A DNA stretch of 64,000 nt from an uncultured virus (IMG/VR IMGVR_UViG_3300006173_000005) (taxonomy: Duplodnaviria; Heunggongvirae; Uroviricota; Caudoviricetes): IMG/VR virus record IMGVR_UViG_3300006173_000005; one strand, 5' to 3'. Positions 19,539 to 29,393 of the stretch are shown piece after piece. The position numbers and the translations under genes were made by a program. A model generated the notes under the pieces. The model made no database searches, had not been told where the DNA came from, and saw only the letters and a list, made by a program, of their open reading frames with translations. Position 1 is the stretch's first letter. Every line of letters begins with the position of its first letter.

Positions 19539-22354
19539 TAATCGCCAAGCTCCTCTAGCATCTGAATGAGCACTTTACGTATTTCCGATTTAGGCGCGCT
19601 CATACCATTTAAGTTATATGTATTGCCGCCCGATTTTCCCGGTGTGTTTCTAATTCCTTGTGGCCCACCATCGCCACCGAGCATACGTGCGCTTTCCCGC
19701 GTTCCAACAACCGCTGGCGGATTGCTACCGAAGCGCAGTAGTTCAGGCCCATTCTCGCCAACAACGGCAAATGAGTTTGGACGCGGATTATCATCACCTT
19801 CTGCGAGATACGGTGTACCGCCGTCGCCAAAGCCACCTGTGGTAATACCCGTAATCGTACCACCCCCGGGTGCGGTTGTGCTCCCAAGCCCTTGTGCTCC
19901 TGTGGCCTGATTGGAAGTAGCACTAAGCCCTGTGATGATGTTGTTGTAGCCAGTCTGAAACGTTGTCTGCAAGTTATTGAGAAACGTTTGCGCGGCAGAC
20001 AGTTGATTGCTATATGATGTAGACTGTTGACCTGCCAGTAAGTCAAACTGAGCCTGTTCCGCGTCAGATTGCGCTTGATAGGCGACTTCTGCCTTGCGCT
20101 GTTCTTTGGCAATTTGCGTGTCAAGTGCATAGAGCGCTTTGTTGTAAGCCGTCTCTTGTGCTTGGGTCTGCTTACGATAAGCCTCTTCCTCATTGCGAAG
20201 CTGTTTTACATAAGCTTCATCCTGTTTGCGCTGTTGGACTTCAAAGGCAGCGTCTTCACGAGCCTGCTTTTGTTCAAACGCTGTAACCTGTTTGGCCCGT
20301 GAGGTTTCGTAGGCTTGCTGTTCATTGTCGAGCTTTTTGTTAAACGCCTCGGTTTGTTTAGCGATACTTTCGTTTTCGGCTTGCTGTTGGTCGGCAAGTT
20401 TTTGTTGTTCGGCTTGTTGAGAACGTTGACGCTGTTTCTCGTAGGTGTCAGTTTGGTCTTGTATCTGCTTAGACGCTTGACGCTGAGTAGCGGCAATAGC
20501 GCGTGCATCGAGACGACTGGCCTCGTCAAGTTCTGTATCTCTAGCGTCACGTTCGATTTTGCGAATGCTGTCAGCAAGGTCTTTGGCGTTGTTCGCCTGC
20601 TGAGTATTGAAATCACGGATTTCTTTAGCTTGGTTTTGCTGAAACGAACTCTGCGTCTGAGCGATACTGTTATTGAAATCGTCAATTTCATTGGCGCGTT
20701 TGGCGTAGTACGCAGCATCAGATTCCGCTAGGTTCGCATAGAAATCAGCGGTCTCCTGTAGACGCTTGGCTTCATAGTCTTGCGCCTGTTGGTATTGGTT
20801 AGCGTAAAAATCAACAGTGGTCTGCTTTTGCTGTGCGGCGAAATCAGCAGCACTGTTTAGGCGCTGTTGTTCATAGTCGCCATTAAGCTGCATCTCCTGT
20901 GCGTAGAGGTCGGTGAGCTTGGCTTGTGCTGATGCAAGGTCATCAGTGGCTTGCTTGAGGGCATCAGCGGCACGCTTTTCGTCTTCGCGCTTACGAGCCG
21001 CATCAACAACCACCGTGTTAAGCTGTTGGTCTTCGGCGGAAAGTTTCCCGATATTGAGCGACAGTTCGGCGACCTTGACTAGATATTGGTCAAGTGTCAC
21101 TTTCCCTTCGGCGTAAGCAGCACTAAGTACCGCCATCTCATCTTTGGTGGCTTGCTCTTTAACGGCGTTTGCGTCAAGCTGATCTTGTACTTGTTTGGTA
21201 GTAGCAGTTTTAATTAACTGAGATGTTTTTTCGTAATCTGTAGCAAGTTGGTCTAAATTGGCGATAAACGAGCGACTTTTAGCGTCCGCACTATTGTATG
21301 CCGCATTAAGGCGATCTATGGCATTAGCGGCTTCTGTTGAGGTTCCGCGCAACTTATCAATATCAATAAGTAATTGTCGAATACCTGCTTGTTCTTCTAC
21401 TTTGGCAGACAGTGTATTTCCGCTGGCAAATTCACCAGCGATTTGTGCAGTTGTCTTACCTTGATTGCCTGGTAGAGAGGCGGCTTCTTCTGCAAATGCG
21501 TTTAATTTATCTTGCAGTACAGCAATGGCTTGGTCGTTACCAGCTTGTATATTACGCTGTTTAACTAACTCTTGTGCGATTTGATCCTGAGTGCCACTGG
21601 CTACAAGTTCGTAATATTTTTCAAGACCTTTAGTGGCATCATCAACAGCGGTAGTTTCTTTTTTAAGTTGATCGATAAAACTAGCGGTGGCGATAGCTGC
21701 TGCGCCAATGGCAATACCAACAGGCACTATAACAGCAAGTAACGCCTCTACTCCCGATACCATACCCAGTAGAGGCAAGTTAACTGCGCCGATAGATTCA
21801 GATATTTTGTTAAATGCGTTGGCGGCATAAATAGCCGCACTTACATCGGTAAATCCTCTATCACCAGTAGCGCGACCAATCCCAGAGAAGGCGCGAGCAG
21901 CGGCGTAGGCGTTTCCACGACCTGAGCCTCCACCGCCCGTATCATCACCTGTATCATCTGGCGCTTCAGAAGGGCCAATCTGCCCACCAAATACACCATA
22001 GTTAGACTTCTGGGGATTGGCGAGTAAGTCTTGTTGTGCTTGGTCGTAAACAGCTTGACGAGCAGATTTCAATTGCTCGTAGGCGTCAACTTCTTTTAAT
22101 AGCTGATCGATTTCAGTCTGTGATGTAGACTGAAATTCTTGACTTAACTTATTAATTTCATCTAATTGAGCATTGTAAGCAGCGATACTAGCAGTGGCAT
22201 CAGCCATTTTGCTATCAAGTAATTCTGATTGCGCAATAATTCTATCCATCGCTTCGACGGTGATTGTCGAAAACTGATCGATATTTTCATCAGCACTGGT
22301 GGTATCTGCTTCAACGCCTAATTGGATAATAGGTTCATCTGGATTATTGCTCAT
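19538..22354 (-). CDS. Tape measure protein
   Basis: 938 aa, A/Q/E-rich helical with periodic aromatics and a hydrophobic segment; C-terminal VVGENGPEL motif. Confidence 0.85.
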   Translation of the reverse strand: MSNNPDEPIIQLGVEADTTSADENIDQFSTITVEAMDRIIAQSELLDSKMADATASIAAYNAQLDEINKLSQEFQSTSQTEIDQLLKEVDAYEQLKSARQAVYDQAQQDLLANPQKSNYGVFGGQIGPSEAPDDTGDDTGGGGSGRGNAYAAARAFSGIGRATGDRGFTDVSAAIYAANAFNKISESIGAVNLPLLGMVSGVEALLAVIVPVGIAIGAAAIATASFIDQLKKETTAVDDATKGLEKYYELVASGTQDQIAQELVKQRNIQAGNDQAIAVLQDKLNAFAEEAASLPGNQGKTTAQIAGEFASGNTLSAKVEEQAGIRQLLIDIDKLRGTSTEAANAIDRLNAAYNSADAKSRSFIANLDQLATDYEKTSQLIKTATTKQVQDQLDANAVKEQATKDEMAVLSAAYAEGKVTLDQYLVKVAELSLNIGKLSAEDQQLNTVVVDAARKREDEKRAADALKQATDDLASAQAKLTDLYAQEMQLNGDYEQQRLNSAADFAAQQKQTTVDFYANQYQQAQDYEAKRLQETADFYANLAESDAAYYAKRANEIDDFNNSIAQTQSSFQQNQAKEIRDFNTQQANNAKDLADSIRKIERDARDTELDEASRLDARAIAATQRQASKQIQDQTDTYEKQRQRSQQAEQQKLADQQQAENESIAKQTEAFNKKLDNEQQAYETSRAKQVTAFEQKQAREDAAFEVQQRKQDEAYVKQLRNEEEAYRKQTQAQETAYNKALYALDTQIAKEQRKAEVAYQAQSDAEQAQFDLLAGQQSTSYSNQLSAAQTFLNNLQTTFQTGYNNIITGLSATSNQATGAQGLGSTTAPGGGTITGITTGGFGDGGTPYLAEGDDNPRPNSFAVVGENGPELLRFGSNPPAVVGTRESARMLGGDGGPQGIRNTPGKSGGNTYNLNGMSAPKSEIRKVLIQMLEELGD

Positions 22355-22878
22355 TAGGCGTCAACTCCTTTTGTGGCAAGCTGAAAGGAGTCGCGCCATA
22401 TGCGAATGATTTGTTTACGCGCTTCTTCCTCAATAAGTTGACGCGCAATTTCAAGTTCATCACCCCAACCAGCAAGTTTATGCGACGCCACCTGAAAAGG
22501 CCCGTACACATATTTTGCTCGTGGATGCACGTTGGCAATTGTGAACAGGCTTTCCTCAATGCCCCCTGTAAACCGAACCTCCCACGCATTCTCAATGTCA
22601 CCCGTGCGTATCCAATGTGAACCATCGGTCAACGTGTCGTCTTGTCCAATAAGCCAAAAATAGTATTTGCGGCTTGCGTCTGAACCGAATATAAACGGCG
22701 ATATTGGCCCATCGGGAACAAGTTCGGGAAACAGGTTGTCAACATACTCTTGCAAGATGGGGCGTATCTCGGTCTGCATCTTATTGCGGAATATCCGTTT
22801 AGCACGCGCAGGAAGTTCTCTCAATTTGTAATTGAGGACTTCCTGATTGACCGTGAGTTTCATCTTAAAAAAGGGCAT
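22354..22878 (-). CDS. HK97 gp10-like tail completion protein (displaced position)
   Basis: RTGDIENAW...NVHPRAKYV motif. Confidence 0.55.
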   Translation of the reverse strand: MPFFKMKLTVNQEVLNYKLRELPARAKRIFRNKMQTEIRPILQEYVDNLFPELVPDGPISPFIFGSDASRKYYFWLIGQDDTLTDGSHWIRTGDIENAWEVRFTGGIEESLFTIANVHPRAKYVYGPFQVASHKLAGWGDELEIARQLIEEEARKQIIRIWRDSFQLATKGVDA

Positions 22879-22879
22879 G

Positions 22880-23209
22880 TTATTGTCCGCCGATGGACGC
22901 CAAATAGCTTTCTAGCATTCGTTGGTTGTAAGCGCGTTTTTCTTGGTCGGTGGCCAGTTTGGGTTTTTCCTTCAACAGTTCACTTAGTTGATACTTAGGG
23001 CTGCCACTACTATCGCGCTCGTTCAGCTTATTCTCGATAGCTATCCCCAAGTGCATCACCGCCGAGTCGAACTGGATCGCCGTCCACACGTCCGGGCAAT
23101 TGAGCAGTTGCGATGAAATCCGACTGACTTTCAGGCGTCGGCTGGCTGGAATGCCCGTTTGTTGTTGCAGCATCCACTGCTCCCACATTGCTGATTTGTT
23201 GCGGACGAA
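22880..23209 (-). CDS. Tail assembly chaperone frameshift extension (gpGT-like)
   Basis: Overlaps chaperone ORF in +1 frame, no good RBS, TTT CGT junction. Confidence 0.6.
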   Translation of the reverse strand, partial: FVRNKSAMWEQWMLQQQTGIPASRRLKVSRISSQLLNCPDVWTAIQFDSAVMHLGIAIENKLNERDSSGSPKYQLSELLKEKPKLATDQEKRAYNQRMLESYLASIGGQ

Positions 23210-23609
23210 ATCGGGCAAGGAATTCAGCAGGGCGAGTGAAATACATGTAGAGTTGCAGCTTTGACTGATAGCTGATGTCGTCTACCGTAATTTCGTTATC
23301 GCCTAGCGGTTCATCCCCTTCCTCTAGCCGCACTTCTGGTGAAACAAAAGCGTAGTGGCATAGTTCGTTCAAAAACGCTATCCACTCTCTCATCTGCACC
23401 ATTTGTTCTGCACGTGGTACTTCGATGCGGTAGCTCTGATTGTTAAGCGCACTCAGAACCACATCTACGAGTGGTTCTGGGATATGCCCTACACGAAAAA
23501 AGAAATCAACCTGGATAGGACGAATGAACGCAGTCTGCCCTGACGCAAATACGAACTCGAATCCTTCTACACGGGGTTTGCGCCATTCGATTGCTGATGT
23601 AATCGCCAT
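23028..23609 (-). CDS. Tail assembly chaperone (gpG-like)
   Basis: Directly after tail tube; RBS GGAGG before MAITSAIEW. Confidence 0.7.
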   Translation of the reverse strand: MAITSAIEWRKPRVEGFEFVFASGQTAFIRPIQVDFFFRVGHIPEPLVDVVLSALNNQSYRIEVPRAEQMVQMREWIAFLNELCHYAFVSPEVRLEEGDEPLGDNEITVDDISYQSKLQLYMYFTRPAEFLARFRPQQISNVGAVDAATTNGHSSQPTPESQSDFIATAQLPGRVDGDPVRLGGDALGDSYRE

Positions 23610-23620
23610 AGACCCTCCCA

Positions 23621-24157
23621 TTAAACAATTTGTGGCGGGAAGGTAATTGCGCCACTGTTCGGACGGATGAACAAGCGGAACATATAGCCAAGTGATGTGT
23701 CGTTAATCGCCTCTGCCTTAAACTGAGGTATAACAATTTTGCCGTAGCTATTTTTCCAAGTAACGCCAGTCATGAGCTTGCAATTGGGCCACCACAGCAA
23801 TACATCTCCATTGTCGGGAAAGGCTTGTGCGACTAGTCCAAAAATAGGCGAACGCTGCTGATCGTCAATGGTTTGGTAGTAACCACCATTGGATGATGTG
23901 ACCGACTTGTTGAATAAGATAGCCCATACATCTAAATCGAAGCTGGCAGTACCAAGCGAAAGCTGATACTTCTCGGTTTGGCTGGCGCGAGAAGTGATTA
24001 CGGCGTTACCTTTGGTTTCGTCGCTAACCATTGATTGATTAACGTCTACGGTTTCGGTAGATGCTCCGGTCACTCCGGTTCCGAAAGTGCCGTTCCCGTT
24101 GTTGGTGGCGACAACGATTTTTTGAAGGCTAAAAGTGTACTGAGGCGTTGTGGTCAT
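23621..24157 (-). CDS. Major tail tube protein
   Basis: 178 aa beta-rich, RBS AAGGAG, canonical position. Confidence 0.75.
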   Translation of the reverse strand: MTTTPQYTFSLQKIVVATNNGNGTFGTGVTGASTETVDVNQSMVSDETKGNAVITSRASQTEKYQLSLGTASFDLDVWAILFNKSVTSSNGGYYQTIDDQQRSPIFGLVAQAFPDNGDVLLWWPNCKLMTGVTWKNSYGKIVIPQFKAEAINDTSLGYMFRLFIRPNSGAITFPPQIV

Positions 24158-24189
24158 TTGAATATCTCCTTATGCCCTAACGGGCGTTT

Positions 24190-24645
24190 TTACGTGTGCC
24201 CGTAGGCATAACAAACGAACTGGTAATAACAAGCGTCCTCAAGTAGAGGTTCGCGTTTGTACTTAATGGTGTCTCCCCACAATATCTGATAGCCATTGGT
24301 GAGACGAAATCCATAAAGGGTGCTATAAATTAAATCATTAGCGGCGTCGATGGCGTCATATCCAGCATCGCCATCGTCATATATCCACATTGATATTGGT
24401 GTTTTGGTCGATTGGAACTTTCGTTCCATACTAACCGCTTCACCTGTAAAGCTAGTTTTAGTCTGATACATGATACATACAGGTTGAATAAGCCCTGTAG
24501 TAGTAGAAAACGCTTGGACAAGTTGAAGTCGCGTTAATCCCTTGCGTCCACTGTCGGGGAATAGGTGTATTCCGCCTGTCAATAATGCCACGAGTTGCGG
24601 ATTGGCAAGTAGTGCAGCTTGAGCTTGTTCGATATAAGTAGTCAT
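24190..24645 (-). CDS. Tail terminator-like protein
   Basis: ALLANPQLVALLTGGIH N-terminus, position. Confidence 0.7.
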   Translation of the reverse strand: MTTYIEQAQAALLANPQLVALLTGGIHLFPDSGRKGLTRLQLVQAFSTTTGLIQPVCIMYQTKTSFTGEAVSMERKFQSTKTPISMWIYDDGDAGYDAIDAANDLIYSTLYGFRLTNGYQILWGDTIKYKREPLLEDACYYQFVCYAYGHT

Positions 24646-25043
24646 GGTCTAAGCTCTACTGAAATGAGCATACGACCTGGTACGGTATCAATAATCTCAT
24701 TGACGATATACATACGGTTGTGATAAAACCACCTATCCGCACGCTGAATATCAAGCGTAACGTCACCAATGACGACAACATATTGCTTTGAGACATCCAT
24801 CGCTACGTCGCGCTGATCGCTACTAGTACGCGGATTTTGAGCCACTTCAAGACGAACCATTTGCGGTGCAAGTTGATAATTCGTGCGCGTAGCTTCGTCA
24901 CGACGCGTAATCACAATGGCACTAGAGCGTTCGTCGATACGACGCACGGTATCAAAGTCGCGGCGCTCTGTATTTCCACGCTGTGCATTTGGAGCGGTAA
25001 GCCCTAGCCATGTATCGGCGCGATTGTTTCCAGTGCCACTCAT
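24642..25043 (-). CDS. Head closure/stopper-like protein
   Basis: LDIQRADRWFYHNRMYIV motif, position. Confidence 0.65.
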   Translation of the reverse strand: MSGTGNNRADTWLGLTAPNAQRGNTERRDFDTVRRIDERSSAIVITRRDEATRTNYQLAPQMVRLEVAQNPRTSSDQRDVAMDVSKQYVVVIGDVTLDIQRADRWFYHNRMYIVNEIIDTVPGRMLISVELRP

Positions 25044-26194
25044 ATCGTTAGCCTATGCTTTATTCCGTTTGATGAAGCCGAACTCGAACGAATAGGTTCA
25101 TAAATCGGCTCAACAATTTTGGTTATGACGTGTATATCGCCAATTTTTCCTTGTGGCGTTTCATCAATTGGCACAGGCCCACCTAACCACTCATTAAGCG
25201 TTTTAACGAGCTTATTTGCACTATGGGCATAGGTTTCATTGTCACGCATCCACTGAGCAGCCTTGAGCGCCTTAGCCTTTGCGTCGTCTTGGTGTAGATA
25301 TAGATAACGCATAGTCTCTACGAGTTCATCAAGACTTGGCTCTGCCCATAGTCCACCTGACCCTTCCATGCTACTTTCGGTAAGTTTGTAATTCTCAAGC
25401 GGGATAGCCCATTTGTCGCAGTTATCTGCCGTGCCACTAAACCGCTGCACTACAACAGGTAACCCACACGCCGCCGCTTCACGCTGACTCATGCCATAGC
25501 CTTCGCATTTGGCAGGACAGATATAGGCGTCGATTTGAGCATAAAAATCGGTCATGCTCTCTAAATCGGATGACCAATAAGTGTAGCGACTGTCGGGGGC
25601 ATACGACCAATCTAGTTGGCGCGGTCTGCTTTCGGGACGGCACTTGATAAGCAGTGCGACATCTTTATTCTTCCAGTCGAATGCTTTGTAGAATGCCATC
25701 TCAACTTTTTGATGGCCTTTGCGTCCGCCTCTATCCGCTAGTGCGCCAAATGTATAAGGACGATAATGATTTTGTCCGAGTACTGGACATTCGTCAGGAT
25801 TAATACCTCCGGGAACAATCGCCATTGGCACTTTAACCCCAGCCTCTTCAAACACGGGGATAAGCCAACCAGATGGAACGATGCACCATTGACTGTTTTT
25901 ATTGATGTATTCAGCCCATTTGGGAGGAAGCGTCATTGATTCGTGCATTGTCCAGCCAACCGAGCGTCCCGGTACTGACCACCAGCAATTAGGTGGAGCG
26001 AGTTGTACGGTAACATGACTAAAATCAAGCCCTTGTGCTCGATAAAACCACGCTGGCTTTTTACTAATGCGCTGATCGAGTTCCACTGGATACATTTGAT
26101 GACCAGATCGGATAAGCGCTTGTGCTACACCATAAGCCATACCGCCGTATCCGTCGTATTTCAGCCATTGATTCGCGGCTAAATTAAGTTTCAT
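25040..26194 (-). CDS. GT-B (GT4-like) glycosyltransferase
   Basis: DGYG, RKGH, YICPAKCEGYGMSQREAAACGLPVV. Confidence 0.9.
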   Translation of the reverse strand: MKLNLAANQWLKYDGYGGMAYGVAQALIRSGHQMYPVELDQRISKKPAWFYRAQGLDFSHVTVQLAPPNCWWSVPGRSVGWTMHESMTLPPKWAEYINKNSQWCIVPSGWLIPVFEEAGVKVPMAIVPGGINPDECPVLGQNHYRPYTFGALADRGGRKGHQKVEMAFYKAFDWKNKDVALLIKCRPESRPRQLDWSYAPDSRYTYWSSDLESMTDFYAQIDAYICPAKCEGYGMSQREAAACGLPVVVQRFSGTADNCDKWAIPLENYKLTESSMEGSGGLWAEPSLDELVETMRYLYLHQDDAKAKALKAAQWMRDNETYAHSANKLVKTLNEWLGGPVPIDETPQGKIGDIHVITKIVEPIYEPIRSSSASSNGIKHRLTI

Positions 26195-26197
26195 GAC

Positions 26198-26938
26198 TTA
26201 CCATCCACTCCTGCCGCGCCATGCGCTACGAGGGCCATAGGGAGGGGCGTAGGTGAGCGATGTGGCAGGTTGCGATGGGTTCCAGGGTACAGCCCGAAGT
26301 CGCGGCGGTTCTGGCACAATGGTAGCCGTGAGGAATTGGCGGTCTGCATTAGCCCATTGATGCCACCAAACCGAACTGTCTTTTACATGATCTCGTATTT
26401 GCGCCTTGTCTTCTTTTGTTTGTCCGGCGACGTAGTTATTAAATTTATTGGCATCGCCCACCAGCGCATCGTACCCCTTAGCTATGGCTAAAGAAAAATT
26501 AGACTGAGCGTCAGAATACAGTAGATTTAAGTCTGTATCCGAAAATGCCCTTATACCACCAGCCAAAACCTGACTAACAGTTGATGTAACACCAACTCCG
26601 GTTAGCAGACTTGTGTCACAAGTAAACATAGGTTGTGCTGAATTACCAAGTGTTCCAATTAAACACAAATTGAAATATACTGCTCCTACTGCATTCGGAG
26701 TACTAGTTTGAATAACCTCTATTTGCCCAAGTCCAATATTAGATAAAGCACTTAACGCATTCTGTATTGTGTTTGCTCCCAGCCCGACCCATGCGATTCC
26801 CGATGTTGTTCGCCCACTAAATGTCAGCGTAAAAGTACCGCCAGTAGCATTGTCTATCGTTAACGATTGGACAGAGGATGTACCCGGATCGGCTAAGTAC
26901 ATTCTAGCCAACGTTAATTGATCTGTTGACATACTCAT
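26198..26938 (-). CDS. Head-tail adaptor with inserted beta-rich domain
   Basis: ARMYLAD...FSDTDL adaptor halves split by a VQSLTI-ATGGTFTLTF domain. Confidence 0.6.
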   Translation of the reverse strand: MSMSTDQLTLARMYLADPGTSSVQSLTIDNATGGTFTLTFSGRTTSGIAWVGLGANTIQNALSALSNIGLGQIEVIQTSTPNAVGAVYFNLCLIGTLGNSAQPMFTCDTSLLTGVGVTSTVSQVLAGGIRAFSDTDLNLLYSDAQSNFSLAIAKGYDALVGDANKFNNYVAGQTKEDKAQIRDHVKDSSVWWHQWANADRQFLTATIVPEPPRLRAVPWNPSQPATSLTYAPPYGPRSAWRGRSGW

Positions 26939-27069
26939 TGAACCGCACTCCATTTTGTGGTATAATATTGAGCGTGAGCTAGGTCGGCATAATTACCCGA
27001 TTGAAAGCCTAACCTTAGCAGGTTGCTCACATCTTCTATCAAGCTAAGGATAGCTAAGGTAAAACTGCG

Positions 27070-27735
27070 ATGATCTATCAACCGTTTCCAATTGGTCGCG
27101 TATGTCACATTTGCAATACTTGGTATCCTCGCGCCGATCTTGTCAAAAACAAGAGAGTGCAAGTCGGTGTCACATCCACTTGTCTTAATTGCGCCAAATC
27201 TAAAAATGACGCTTGGGCACACAGTCATCCAGAAAAAGTACGTGCGAGTCGCCAGAGATGGGAAAAAGCGAATCCTGGTAAAACTGAAATTGCTATTAAA
27301 AATTGGGTCAAGCGCAATCCTGATAAAGTTCGTGAAATCGGAAAGCGCACCGCTAAAAACAATCCAGAAAAAGCTCGCGCCAAAGTTCAATTGCGCAATG
27401 CACGTAAAAAGGCGCTCCCTCACACATTCAGTTTGAATGATTGGCAATACGCGCTTGAATATTGGAATAATCGTTGTGCGTATTGCGGAAATACCCCGAA
27501 CCCATCTCAAAAAACTAAAGTTTTGGTTCAGGAACATTTCTATCCTCTTGTGCATGGAGGCCCATATACGAAAAGTAACATCCTCCCGGCTTGCAAGTCC
27601 TGTAATTCTCAAAAACAGAACTTCGATCCAGTCGAATGGATTATTAACCATTTCGGAGAAACCGAATCGGTTAATATCCTTGCTCGTATTCATACTTATT
27701 TCGACCTGATCGAAGTTCTTCATGGTAGCGATTAG
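27070..27735 (+). CDS. HNH endonuclease, antisense to late operon
   Basis: CAYCG...EHFYPLVHGG...NILPACKSCNSQK; own TGTGGTATAAT promoter. Confidence 0.9.
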   Translation: MIYQPFPIGRVCHICNTWYPRADLVKNKRVQVGVTSTCLNCAKSKNDAWAHSHPEKVRASRQRWEKANPGKTEIAIKNWVKRNPDKVREIGKRTAKNNPEKARAKVQLRNARKKALPHTFSLNDWQYALEYWNNRCAYCGNTPNPSQKTKVLVQEHFYPLVHGGPYTKSNILPACKSCNSQKQNFDPVEWIINHFGETESVNILARIHTYFDLIEVLHGSD

Positions 27736-27736
27736 C

Positions 27737-28915
27737 CTACGAAATCGTCGGGTTAGTGTAGGTTGTGCCAATACTGGCGGCGAATTGGAATGCTGCGCCC
27801 TGATAGCGCATTGATCCGCACGAAACCCCGAATTCCATTTCAAGATCACACTCTTTCAAAGGAAAGGTTGTGTTAAAGTCTGGAATTTCCAACAGTTTTA
27901 CTCCAAGCCCGAAGCTCGGACGGTAATTAACCGCGAGAGCATTCTGGACACTGCCCTGTTCGCCGGGACGGTACATCGTGCCGTACCCCTTCGGGATACG
28001 ATACGTCGCCACGAGTTCAACTTCGCCGTAGTCTGTTTGTAGGCTACCGATAACACGACCGCCCATTGGCGGTGTGCGACCCGGTTGACCATCACGGAAA
28101 TACTGAGCGCCGCTGGTAGAACCGCCGCGATCAATTGTTAATCCGCTTAGACGAACGAGCTTGGTGAACTCTGACAGCGCCGCAATGGTTGAAACATCAG
28201 ATTCTGACACATAGCACTTATACAGCCCCACGATACCATGTTGACTGATGTTCTGAACAGTCAAATTGACGGCATCGTAGTATGTATAGTTCGCGCCAGT
28301 GTTCGGATTATTGACGGTGCTATCATAGGCGGTATAGTGGTTGTGAGATGCGTCAAACACTTGACCGTTCCACTGTGGCGGCGCATATTGCAAGGTTGAG
28401 TATGAGCCTGAGCACCAGCCGACATCAAAGCCTGATGTGCCAAGCGCGGTTTCAGTGTAGTTGGTCATTCGAGTGAGGATTTTAGTTTCCCACAAGTTGC
28501 GCAACATCTGATTGCCTGCTTGCACCTCAGCCAAAATGTATTCTGGGTCAGCGTCTTCCATTGCACGCCAATCACCACCAATGGCGTATGAATACACCTG
28601 ACGGTCAATCATATGCCCAATCACGTTACCGCGAATAAGTGTAGGACGCGCTCCACCTGATGTGGCCTCCAGTGTCGGCAATGTACCGCCATTGGGATAA
28701 ACCACGTCAATTTTAGTCGTTGGGTAAAAGAGGTCACCCGCCGCTGTCATCATTTCTTCGTTGAAGTCCTGCGCTCCGGCCCCAATCATTGCGCGAAGTT
28801 GCTCATAGGTCATATTACCCTTGAGCATGACGAGAGCTAGACGCCCTCCGTCAACACCTGCTGGAATGGGTTGGTTGGCAGCGAGGACACCTTGAAACGC
28901 TTGTGCTAATGCCAT
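27737..28915 (-). CDS. Major capsid protein
   Basis: 392 aa after scaffold and decoration genes; RBS GGGAG. Confidence 0.75.
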   Translation of the reverse strand: MALAQAFQGVLAANQPIPAGVDGGRLALVMLKGNMTYEQLRAMIGAGAQDFNEEMMTAAGDLFYPTTKIDVVYPNGGTLPTLEATSGGARPTLIRGNVIGHMIDRQVYSYAIGGDWRAMEDADPEYILAEVQAGNQMLRNLWETKILTRMTNYTETALGTSGFDVGWCSGSYSTLQYAPPQWNGQVFDASHNHYTAYDSTVNNPNTGANYTYYDAVNLTVQNISQHGIVGLYKCYVSESDVSTIAALSEFTKLVRLSGLTIDRGGSTSGAQYFRDGQPGRTPPMGGRVIGSLQTDYGEVELVATYRIPKGYGTMYRPGEQGSVQNALAVNYRPSFGLGVKLLEIPDFNTTFPLKECDLEMEFGVSCGSMRYQGAAFQFAASIGTTYTNPTIS

Positions 28916-28928
28916 TTCTCAGTCTCCC

Positions 28929-29381
28929 TTAGACGCTTGCCGGAGTTGATTGTCCGGGGTCTACAAATATCGACGTACCATCAATTGCATTGCCTACAAC
29001 GTAGTCATAGGCGGGTGTACCGGGGATAGTAGTATCCAGTCCACCTGCGACAGTTTTGGAAACATATACGACCTGACCATCTGCGAACGTACCCCACGAA
29101 CCAATGAAACCATAAACGGGGCCACGAACACAAACTGCTACCCAAGCATTAGCGGGAGCACTGGTTTCGGCGTAAAAGTTAGTTACACCAACCACAATCC
29201 CAAACGCATGAGCTTTTATGCTAGTGCTATTTCCGATAGCGGGTTGCACTTTGTTGTTGTCATCCATATAGACAACATCGCCAAGATTGACAGTCGCGCC
29301 AGCCTGACGATTAACGATAACGGAAGCACGATCCCAATCGGCGCTAATCGTATTCCGTAGAGCGATAGTTACTGCGGTCAT
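28929..29381 (-). CDS. Capsid decoration/cement protein
   Basis: AGATVNLGDVVY...FGIVV...CVRGPV...GQVVYVS pattern. Confidence 0.7.
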   Translation of the reverse strand: MTAVTIALRNTISADWDRASVIVNRQAGATVNLGDVVYMDDNNKVQPAIGNSTSIKAHAFGIVVGVTNFYAETSAPANAWVAVCVRGPVYGFIGSWGTFADGQVVYVSKTVAGGLDTTIPGTPAYDYVVGNAIDGTSIFVDPGQSTPASV

Positions 29382-29393
29382 TGATTATGCTCC

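Noticed and set aside
19609..20718. Long Arg/Lys-rich ORFs inside tape measure
   Set aside because: Out-of-frame shadows of biased codon usage
26935..27849. 304-aa minus-strand ORF
   Set aside because: Antisense shadow of the HNH gene, overlapping capsid and adaptor genes
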